From the human T2T-CHM13v2.0 reference genome, Homo sapiens: 64,000 nucleotides of DNA. The translations under genes were made by a program, and so were the position numbers. The notes beneath the pieces were generated by a model. The model was not told where the DNA came from. It did not search any database and worked only from the letters and a program-made list of their open reading frames with translations. The stretch lies in the NCBI RefSeq assembly GCF_009914755.1, contig NC_060928.1. The stretch is one strand, 5' to 3'. How positions within the stretch are numbered: the stretch's first letter is position 1; every line of letters begins with the position of its first letter. Positions 36,445-64,000 of the stretch are shown piece by piece.

Positions 36445-37265
36445 GTTTCAACTATGGTAGAAGACTCGAGTAAGGCAAATACAGTCCCCCTAAATTTGAC
36501 TATTATTTAGGTTAATGGTGAGTTTAGAAGAAATAAGTTAAGACTACACAGAGTGGGCTAAAGTGCAAATAAACACTGGAAATATTTCCCAGAAAATATG
36601 ACTTTGAACAGGCTGCTGCACACCCTGCATGTAGAGACAAAGTAAGAAAAAGTGTGGAGAGTTATTTAAGGACCTATGGTTAACTCAGTCCTCAAGATGT
36701 TCTGGGTTTCATCCATGAATCAAGGAGGACCTCCCAAAAGCTGTTTGGGACCACACTCTTTGAGCAAGGAGCATATCTTACGATGGAAGCTGTGCTTTAG
36801 CGGCAGATGACCATTTCCACTGCAAAACACACTGTGCTTTAGCGGAAGATGACCGTTTCCACTGTACAACACTACAAGTGGTTACTGCCAGGCCGGTGTG
36901 AAATATGTTCCAGCACATAATCTATGTCACCAATGAAGGTGGTGGTTCGGACTTGGTGCACGCAAGCTTTCCTGTCCCACAAGAACACAGCATGTTCTCT
37001 TCTCGGGTTCCACTCCAATCACGTAACAAATATGACTGCCTTTTTTGTCTCGGCATCAGAAAGATCAGAGGAAAATTTGCACCCAACTTAGACAACTCTA
37101 AGCTCTTATAACCTGCCTATATCTACAGGTCAGCTTTATCTTATTTATGTATATTTCCTTCAACCTGAGTTTTACTTATTTCTACTTTTCCTTTTTAATT
37201 CACAGACACCCAAAAACTCAGAAAATACAATGTAAAACAAAGTGAAGAACAAATAAACAACTCAC

Positions 37266-37324
37266 CAGAGATTTATTCGTTTCCTGTTGCTCTTGGAAAC
37301 ACCCAGAGGACACTGGAAACATAG
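37266..37324 (-). CDS. ZNF717-like: First coding exon of a ZNF717-like KRAB zinc-finger gene or pseudogene (MFPVSSGCFQEQQETNKSL, ATG at 37322)
   Basis: Acceptor ccttctatcccAG, then CT ATG...TCT CTG, then donor GTGAGT; 19 codons, phase 0. Peptide closely resembles the recalled ZNF717 N-terminus MFPVFSGCFQELQEKNKSL. Confidence 0.75.
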
Positions 37325-37924
37325 CTGGGATAGAAGGCAAATGACGTGGATTAAGCAGAGAACTGGTGTGGTGTAGTCCCAGATTCTTCTGCCCAACACT
37401 CTAGACACATTACCTGGGAAAGCTCTCCTCCCTCCTGAAAAAGAAAAACTTCCCCATGGGAGAAGAGTCCTTCACGCCTCATTAGGGGCATCAAAGACTC
37501 AAGTTAAGATAAGATACATCTACAAGTACATTAATTGGTAGACATTAGATGCACAATTTATTTTTGAATAAAAATATGTATTACCTATTAATTTAGTAAC
37601 AATATGATCTAAAGATATAATCTAATAATTTAATGCAAAGAAACATTATAAGTTCACTAAAATAAATGTTATAGAAATATACTAGGCTGTATTAACTATT
37701 TTCCTATTTATATGTAGATTCCACAAATAACTTCATATGAGTGTTCCCATGACAGTACATCTTGCTTTTCTATATCTGAACATCATGGAAAGTGCATCTT
37801 GCAAACCAGCAATTTTGGCCTACAATTACATTTTTTAAAATGTACATAATATGTATTTCCTACAGTACACCATTGTACTCATGTTTCCCAATAACAGCTT
37901 TCCTTCTATGCAAGCCCTCATATT

Positions 37925-38320
37925 ATGCTCTGATAATAAATTGGGCTTTTCCATCTGACTTGTCCAGTGAATGGACAATGGAAAATGTGATGCAAATATC
38001 CATTGGTTCTTGCCATTTTGGACACAGTCAAATTGTGAAGAGGTCTGGAGCTACCCTGTTGGAGACACAGGGCCTAGCCAAGAGTCACCACAAACCACCA
38101 GATTGTGAAGGAAACTATCTTAAACCAACCAGGCTCAGTAAAGGCACCAGGTGACTAAGGACTTTTTGTGATCCAGGCAACACAAATATATCAACTACCC
38201 AGCTGAACCCACCACACCAAAATGCAGATCCACAGAACTTCAAACAAATAAAATGGTGTTTGTTTTTTATAAGCCAGTAAGGTTTAATTAGTTCCTTAAA
38301 CAGCAAGTATTAACTGTTAC
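37925..38320 (+). mobile_element. Degenerate MLT1-type LTR
   Basis: 3' end aaataaaatggtgtttgtttttataagccagtaagg...gtataactgttaca. Confidence 0.55.
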
Positions 38321-39079
38321 ACCTAAGTGAACAGAATTCACTTCTGTGTTTTTAACAAAATTACGTAGGGGGAGAAAATCTTAAATTACAAATCAAATAC
38401 AATCAATAGAACTTCGCAATCTAATGCTAAATTTGGGGATGGACTAGGTTTAATATATCTCAGACGCTGGGAAAAACGAGCTAAGGTTGAAGGAATGGGA
38501 CTGTGTTTGGAGAGTATTTTAATCTTCTCAAGTATGACAGGTCACTCCTGTACCCCGGACCACACTTTCAGACCCCTTCAAATAAGGAATATTTCCTAGG
38601 TCCTTGCCTGTTCTTCTCAGCGGAATACACCTCAACCTTCTGAAAGTTCGTCCAAACCTTCTACTATCACCTAGTCTTTGCAAATCTTGTGCATTCTAGG
38701 GAGTAGAATTAATATTTCCTGAGCGAGGAAAACTGGGATCCTCACCTGTGACCTTTTTTCCTCCTCTGAAGCACCAGTGAGAGGTTAGACCAGACAGCTG
38801 TTCTTTCAAGTGCGCTTCTTATTCATAGGGAACCCTCTCTTTCAAACTTTGTAACACACAGTTAAGACTGAAGTACCCTTAAGGCTGAAGACCATCATCC
38901 ATTATGCCATCTCCCTCGCGGAATCAGTGAGTTCTTCCCTGGAAACTAGGTCTCGTATAAACTTCTGTAAATGCAACCCAGGAGGACTAGGCAGGTCACA
39001 CAGTGAAGGAGGGAACCAGAAACTTCACTTGCTAAAGAGACACCAGGAAACCCAACTAATACAAACGCCAAGTTTAAGA

Positions 39080-39600
39080 CTAGAGGCGCACGCATTTCGC
39101 ACTACTCCTCTGGGAATGGGGAACGTCTCCCGAGAACTGTGTGTTAGCACTGGGACAGATGGGCAAACTGAGCGTCATGCGGGTTGGTAACCGGGTCCCT
39201 CAGCGGCAGGACAGGAGCGCGGCCTGCAGACTCCGGGCCCAGGGCCACCGGCCTCGCCTACCCGCTCCTGCGCCTCTAGAACCCGCTTCACTGCCGGGAC
39301 CCCACGCCTGTCCTCCCAGCCCCCGCCAGGGTCCGCTGCCCGCACCTGCACTTCAGGCCCTGCCCGCCCGCGATGCGCCCACGCGTCTGCTCCCACAACT
39401 AGGGGACACTGGTCCGGCCCCCCGGGATCCCCCGAGGCCCACGGGTTCCTCTTCGCCCTCGCACCGACCCGCAGGGACATAGAACCAAGCCCCAAGCCGG
39501 CCCCGCTACAAGACCGCCTCTGGGTGACGCACTTCCGGATGAAAATGGCGGAGTGGGCCGGGCGGCGCATGCGCAGAGAGAAAAGCTGGTTCCCAAAGTC
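39080..39600. promoter_or_regulatory. CpG-island promoter with ETS (ACTTCCGG 39531-39538), YY1 (AAAATGGCG 39542-39550) and NRF1 (GCGCATGCGC 39565-39574) motifs
   Basis: Only CpG-dense non-repeat segment in the window; three canonical motifs within 45 bp. Confidence 0.85.
39346..39540 (-). other. Candidate non-coding exon 1 of the ZNF717-like gene
   Basis: Minus-strand donor gtgcag|GTGCGG at 39345, inside the CpG island downstream of the promoter motifs; TSS approximate. Confidence 0.5.
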
Positions 39601-39797
39601 CTTGATGGTAACATCGTTGGAAAGTGACACTACATTTCTCATGAGGTTCTGTGGTGCCCGGTTAGGAACCCACGCCGGACATTCTGTTTAGTCCAGCAGT
39701 TGAGTCCAGTTACCCAGAGACCCGGACTTAATGGATCAGGACTGGTCCCTACCCAGGTGACACAGATATGGCATTCTGGTTCTTTATTAAATCCTGA

Positions 39798-40171
<374 letters not shown>

Positions 40172-40779
40172 CTCAAGTCTATTTTTTATAGATGCATTCG
40201 AAAGTGTGAAAAAAATCATGTCTCTATTTTACTTTAAAATTTTAAAAACACACCTAATGAATATGGTAATTCTCTTCCAATCCGTTATCTTTTCTCTCAC
40301 TTAACTAATTTGTGAGCCTTCAATTTACACATTTAGAAAATATTTTCTAGTGTTAACAGCGTCATAAGACAGGTGCACTCCATAATCTTTGTGACAACTT
40401 ACACTTCCAGTGTCTGATAAATATTTGCCCGTAAACTCCCACGTTTCATCTATCCATCAATCAAATCTCCCTATCTTTATTTATTTATTGTGAGAAAGAC
40501 CTGAAATTTGTCTTTCCTTCCCTGATTTCTGCCACAAACTAGGCAAGGCGTTCTGCCTAGGGTTTTCTCAGAACCCCGGCTACCACCGAGGTTCCTAACA
40601 GGGAAACGCAGGCTTGAATGCTCAGGGTTGATGTGAGAGTGAGTGTGAAACGGGGGTGGGGTGAAAGGGCAGTGAACTTTGTAGGTGGGTAGATGGGGGT
40701 GTGAAGGGCTTTCAGGTAAGAGGCACGCATGAAACTGGGAGAGACAGCGAAATCACTTCAGGCCTCAGATCACCAGAAG

Positions 40780-41110
40780 ATGCTCCCACCAGTGCCATGA
40801 CAGTTTGCCAATGCCATGGCAGCACGGGAAGTCCCCAACCCTTGCCATGGAAACAGCTGGAAGTTACTACCCATTTCTAGCTATTTCTGAATAACCCTCC
40901 CCTTAATTAGCATGCCATTAAAAGTGAAATATAAAAATGACTGCAAGCCACCCCTAGGCTGCTACTCTGGGAGCACAACCCACGGAGGGCTCCCTGCCCT
41001 GCAGGAGCAGAAGCAGGGCTGTAACACCGCCAGTGCCTCTGTAGAGCTGCTTTCTTCCACCACAGGCTTGCTTTTGGATTCCTTCCTGAGCGATGCCAAG
41101 AACCTGCCCT
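40780..41110 (+). mobile_element. MER41-family LTR fragment
   Basis: cccaccagtgccatgacagtttgccaatgccatggc...ccccttaattagcat...gccaagaacc. Confidence 0.7.
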
Positions 41111-42075
41111 TCCTCAGTGTGACTCTTGCCTAAAACCTATCCCTGGTATTCTCTTTTCCTAAGCATGACCTGACTTGTTCTTTCATCTCCTCTGATCTTG
41201 CAATTGGTCCTCAGTGACTCTATTCCGCAGATCCAGAAAACTCAACCTTAATCTTCCCAGAGCCCTGTTTTCTCCAATATTGGAATCTCTAGCCTTGTTT
41301 TCTCAGAAGCCTAGATTACAGGCCTCTCTCTTGAACACCTATTGGTAAGGTATCTGGGGACCCTTTGAATACACGATGACTGGCAGGGGTTACATAGGGG
41401 AAATCAGTGCCTGACAATTCGCCTTCCAGGATATGGATTGTCATTCCCTCTCTTTGTGGTCCTCAGTCTCTTATACATAAAAGTAGAGATTGTAATACTC
41501 ATTTGACTTGCAGATACCTCACCCTGAACCCACCTAATATTATGTAAAAGCCAAGAATGCAACCCCTTTCCTCACCCCATGAAGGTAAAGTCCTCAGAGC
41601 CAAGGAGAGAAGGCTCAGGGATGGTACCTGGGTGTTTCCAACACTAACCATGTTTTTAGTGTTCAAGTTTAAGCTTCTTATGTTAAAGTTACCCCAGCTT
41701 TAATTCTATTGTAACAAGATTTATTTTGTAATTCCATTTTTGGATTCTTGATTTCTTGGTAAAGAAATACAGTTATTTTTGTATACCAATCTTACATAGT
41801 GTTACATTCCTAAATTTGTTAATGAGTCCTAACACTTTTTAGTAAATTTCTTATGATTTTCTAAATGCAAGATCATGTCATCTGTACATAAAGATAACTG
41901 TACTTCTTCCTTTTCAATCTAGATGCCGTTTATTTATTTATATTGCCAAGTTGTCCCAGCTACCAGTTATCAAGTAAAAGGGTCTCACTGCCCAGAGCAC
42001 TAGAAGCCGGTACCACGACACTGAGTTTTTGAGAAAAGAAAAACTTTAAAGTCAAACCAAACCCTATGGGATACA

Positions 42076-46178
<4,103 letters not shown>

Positions 46179-46179
46179 G

Positions 46180-46705
46180 TGTTACGGGATCTTTGGAGTG
46201 TCACTTTTCTGGACAGAAAACTCTATGGCTGGTGGCACCTTTACCTGAGTTTTGCTTGGGCCCCGCCCACTCAGCCTGGCAGGCTGTGCTCAGCTCATGC
46301 TACCAGGTTGGATCCCATGTTTGCCAAGGGAGACTGCGCGGAGTGGCAAGGGGCGTGTGAGCAAGCATGGGGTCTGGCCACTGTGCAGTCAGACTTCCTG
46401 GCTGCTGCAGTGGGGCAGGTAACTCCAGGTGCCAACATGAGTACCAGCTCTCCACAAGTCTGTGGCTGGACCACGGGCACCGCAAGCAGCTTCCACAGCT
46501 GGCACACTGGGAACACAGTGGCACCCAGAAGCTTGGAGATACCAGGAACCACAGGGCCCCAAAGAGGGAATCACAGCCCTGGCTCGGGGAGCTCCCAGGT
46601 CTGGGCTTCCCAAAGGGTCACAGCTCTTCTTTCCTTCTCTTTGCCCACAATGTGGCTAGCAAGGGGCATGTCTCAGCCCTTTTGTGTTACAGCTCTTTCA
46701 GCCTC
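46180..46705 (-). mobile_element. Truncated MER52 LTR (3' part)
   Basis: Reverse-complement homolog of ~23575-24116; begins tgttacgggatc. Confidence 0.8.
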
Positions 46706-46709
46706 TTCC

Positions 46710-59892
<13,183 letters not shown>

Positions 59893-60016
59893 TGCTTGTT
59901 CTTTTCATTTCATCCTGATCTCCGAATACAGGAGAGTAGCTGATTTGGTGTTCGCTAACAAGCACAGAAGCTTTGTTACATTTACAGTGTCATTCTTGGC
60001 AAAACCTGAAGTTTTG

Positions 60017-60228
60017 ACTCCCGGGTTCATGCCATTCTCCTGCCTCAGCCTCCTGAGTAGCTGGGACTATAGGCGCCCGCCACCTCACCCAGCTAATTTT
60101 TTGTATTTTTAGTAGAGACGGGGTTTCACCGTGTTAGCCAGGATGGTCTCGATCTCCTGACCTTGTGATCTGCCCACCTCGGCCTCCCAGAGTGCTGGGA
60201 TTACAGGCGTGAGCCACCGCGCCCAGCC
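60017..60228 (-). mobile_element. AluY lacking its 3' part and tail
   Basis: Begins abruptly at ctcccgggttcatgcc. Confidence 0.88.
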
Positions 60229-60234
60229 AGAAGC

Positions 60235-63200
60235 TCTAATTTCAGTGATGATTGTGCTTTTTATCTCTTCCTCAGCATCTGGCTCATGATAAAATTTCAG
60301 GTGTCTTGATGGTATCTAAATCAGTTGTTGATTCGGTCCTGGAGAAACACAAGCATAACCTCTATGCCAAGTTATAATTTTACCTATTTCCCAACTTTTT
60401 GTTATTGGATCTCTCCACCAAACCAGTTGTTCTGCTTCTGTCTTTGCAGCTGGTTTCTGTAGATGCTGTTCAGCTGCTGGCAACATCTGGCCTTTGGGCA
60501 GGCTCAAAAATTTGAAAGTTAATAATGCAAGATTCAATTGTGTATGGGCTATCCCGTAATCCCTGTTTCTCCCCCTTTTTTGTTTTTATTATCAGTTGTT
60601 CATCTGTATGAAATCTTAACTGAGCATTTTCAATTAACTGTGTGGAATGACCCATGTATGAAGAATCAGAAATCACATTAACAGGCATATCAAAAGCAGT
60701 CAATACCTCAATTACAGCTACAAGCTCTGCCTTTTGAGCTAAAGTATAGGGTGTCTGGAAAACTTTACCTTTTGATCCAGAATAAGAAGCTTTACCATTA
60801 CTAGACCCATCTGTGAAACAATGAAAACGCTTAGCAGGCTGCAGGTTGTTTACTGCAGGAATTGTAAATGCAAACCGTTCACAGTCTAGCTCAGCTAAAA
60901 GGGTAGTAAAGAAACAGTCTTTTAAATCTGTGACTATTAAAGGCCAATTTTTTGGAATTATAGTAGGAGAAGGCAATCCTGGCTGTTATGTTTCCATAGG
61001 TTGTATAACTGAATTGATGGCTCTTAAGTCAGTTAACATTCTCCATTTACCTGATTTTTTCTTAATTATGAAAACTGGAGAATTCCAAGGGGAAAATGTT
61101 GGAGCTATGTGCCCATTTTCTAATTGTTCAGTAACTAATTTCTCTAAAGCATCCAGTTTCTCTTTGCTTAGCAGCCATTATTCTATCCAAATTGGCTTAT
61201 CTGTTAACCATTTTAAAGGTATAGGTTCTGGAGACTTAACTATGGCCACCATCAAAAATGGTATCCTAATCTTTGGCAGGAACTTTGTCTTTCCGTTTGA
61301 AGCAGTTCTTTCAAACCTTGCAATTTTTTTTCTACTCCTATACCAGGGACATGCCCCATTTCGTGCATCATATGTTGACTTTGAGGGCTGTGTAATTGTT
61401 ATGGAATTAGAACTTGTGCTCCCCATTGTCATAATAAATCTCTCCCCCGTTAATTTATAGGTACAGAAGTTGCAATTGGTTGAACAGTCCCAGGTTGTCC
61501 ATCGGGCCCTTCACAATGCAAAGTATAGCTACTTTGATACACTTCTGGAGCTTTAGCAGTTTCCACTGTGTTAAATTGAGTAGGCTGAATTGGCCACATG
61601 GACGGCCAGTGCTATAGAGAAAAAATTGAAATGTCCACTCCTACCAAAAAAAAATAGTATCTACCAAACCTTTAAAGTTCTTTCCCTGGATAGTTATTTC
61701 ACAGATAGGATGTTTATCAGTAATTTGATTTACCCAATAAGCTGCCTTGCCTTTTTTATTTGTGCTTCCAAATCCTCCAGTTCATTTAATTTCACTTTTT
61801 CCCATTCCCACATACGGCTCACTCAGGAGCTGTGCTATGCGCACTCCTGGCTGTGCTTTCCAGGGAACAGAACTAAATATCACAATTTGAATTTCCTCAT
61901 TGTAATCTGAATCAATGACTCCAGTGTATATTTGTACCCCTTTTAAACTTAAACTAGACCTTCCTAAAAGTAATCCCATTGTCCCTGCTGGCAACGGTCC
62001 ACAGACTCCTGTTGGGACCTTTTGCGGGGGTTCCCCAGGCAGAAGGCTCACAGCTATTGTGCAGCAAAAATCTACTGCAGCACTATGGGCTGTGGTGGGG
62101 GACAGATAACGTATGGGGGTGAGAGAATGGCCTGAGCTGGAAATGCCCTGGTTTAGAACAGGGCCTGGGATGGGCCCCTCAGGGAGTTTCCCAAAATCGG
62201 GTTCAAATCTTTATCAAACTTAGAGTGACACTGATTAGCCCAAAATTTCCTTTTTTACATTTTGGACATATTTCAGGATCAGCAGTTTTCTTTTTCCCCT
62301 ATCTGGTGGCCTGACTCCGTGATTTTTTTTTACATTATTTTTAGTATGACCACGCTTCCCACAGTTAAAACAAGCTCCAGGAAATAGAGTATTTCCTTTA
62401 TCCACTCTCAGTCCTGCCATCGCCTGTGCCAACAAAGTAGCTTTATGTAGATTATCTCTGATATCATCACAGTCCTTGTTATAATCAACTAAATGTGCTT
62501 TCCCTCTGATAGGTCGCAGAGCAGCCTGGCAATAAGGATTAGCATTGTCAAAACCAATAACTGCAACACTATATCCTAAGCAGCCAAATCTGCAATCATC
62601 TTTTTAAGAGACTCCTGTAACCAAGCTATAAAATCCACATATGGTTCTCTTGGTCCCTGTTTTATAGCACTAAAGGAAGGGTATTGTTCTCCACATGAAG
62701 TGATTTTTTCCAAGCTCTAATGCACACTCCTCTAAGCTGTTCTATGGCATCATCCTGCATGACCACTAGTGCATGTAAACCAGCCCAGCCACCAACCCCC
62801 AAAAGTTGGTCTGCAGTTATATTAATTTGAGGTTGGGCCCAGGAATTGCGAGCAGCCTGAATGGAAGCTTCATCTGCCTACTAAGTTTTAAACTGTAAGA
62901 ACTGAGCAGGAGTTAGACAAGCTCGAGTAAGAGTGTCCCAGTCAGTAGGAATCATCCGACTGGAAACAGCAACATTCTTTAACAGTCCCATTTCAAAAGG
63001 AGAACCTGGTCCATACTGATTTATAGCTTGTTTAAATTTTTTGAGTAATTTAAAAGGAAAAGGCTCAAATGTAGCTATAATATTTCCCTGTTGATCTGGG
63101 GAGTGTATTCAAACAGGGAACTGCCAAGCCTCTAAATCCCACTTTTGTCTAGCTTGCTGTATTCCTGCCTGAATAGAACTAAGAGCAGTCGCTCAAGGCG

Positions 63201-63616
63201 CTGCTCGAACAGTCACCAGGGCAACTACTTTTCACCCAGTGTCCTCCAGAAAAGAAAGATCTGGAGGGTCGTTTTCTTCAAAATAATAATGACGGTGTGC
63301 AGAAGGGTAGGGATGAACCTCTCCCTCCTTTTATGCTTTAGCTTTAGGTGACAAATAAACCTGGTCTGTAACCTCTACTGTTACTTTGTTATACTCTCCT
63401 TTCTCCTCATCATCAGTGTGAAAAAGTTCCAAGGTAGAACGAACCACAGCCCACACTTGTCCTATTGCTACCCTGATGCTTCAGAGCTCCCCTTCTAACT
63501 CACCACGGGGATTGCTTTAAGAGTACTCGGGTGTCCTCCAGCTAGTTCCACATTCTCCAGTCGTTGCTCCAGTGATCCTTTGACCTGTATTCGAGTCCCC
63601 ATGTATGGGCACCACT
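60235..63616 (-). mobile_element. HERVK9 / HERV-K(HML-3) internal region: gag, dUTPase-pro, deleted pol; env absent
   Basis: Gag knuckle CFNCGKRGH (62235-62435); dUTPase GRSSL...GVIDSDY (61782-62051); RT DLKDCFF; RNase H FTDGS; integrase C-terminus WWRDP. Lys-type PBS TGGTGCCCATACATGGGG at ~63597-63614. Confidence 0.9.
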
Positions 63617-64000
63617 TGCTGAGACCAGGTCTGTTGGAGAGACCCTAACCCAGCAGCACTAGAGGAATTAAAGACACACACACAGAAATATAGAGGTGTG
63701 AAGTGGGAAATCGGGGTGGAGGGTCTTACAGCCTTCAGAGCAGAGCCCTGAACAGAGATTTACCCACGTATTTATTAACAGCAAGCCAGTCATTAGCATT
63801 GTTTCTATAGATATTAGATTAACTAAAAGTATCCCTTAATCTTAAGGCACAGATCACTCATACTATTGTTTGTGGCTTAAGAATGCCTTTAAGTGGTTTT
63901 CCACCCTGGACGGGCCAGGTATTCCTTGTCCTCATTCCAGTAAACCCACAACCTTCCAGCGTGGGTGTTATGGCCATCATGAACATGTCACATTGCTGCA
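63617..64000 (-). mobile_element. MER9 5' LTR of HERVK9, running past the window end
   Basis: Minus strand reads catgttcatgatggcc...ggaaggttgtgggtttac...cttaagccacaaacaatag...ggtctcagca, matching MER9. Confidence 0.85.

Noticed and set aside
39141-39642. 113-155 aa ORFs over the CpG island
   Set aside because: GC-rich, stop-poor promoter sequence with no recognisable domain.
60235-64000. HERV-K(HML-2) K111, known to insert in CER
   Set aside because: The LTR is MER9-type (HML-3), and the element lies 55 kb from the CER array.

Overview
Primate (human/ape) DNA, almost entirely repeat-derived, with the signature of pericentromeric or acrocentric segmental duplication. No intact protein-coding gene lies wholly in the window. 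The host transcription unit is on the minus strand: a CpG-island promoter at ~39.1-39.6 kb (ETS, YY1 and NRF1 motifs), a candidate exon 1, and a 59-bp exon at 37266-37324 encoding MFPVSSGCFQEQQETNKSL, which I recognise as resembling the N-terminus of the KRAB zinc-finger gene ZNF717. Everything to its left would be one large intron. That intron holds a ~4-kb CER (48-bp) satellite array, a near-complete Tigger1, old L1M pieces, an MLT1 element, a MER57A provirus with a nested MER52 LTR and full-length L1PA3-type element, a solo LTR6-like LTR, two VNTRs and many Alus. Right of the promoter are L1MA, MER52, an antisense L1PA7/8-type element, MER4-group internal sequence and a deleted HERVK9 (HML-3) provirus. 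The most striking observation is that the CER monomer contains the 5' end of an MST-type MaLR LTR and the array runs directly into the 3' end of such an LTR, suggesting CER arose by amplification of a deleted MaLR LTR junction. Repeat family names come from recalled consensus sequences, not a database search, and most boundaries are approximate.
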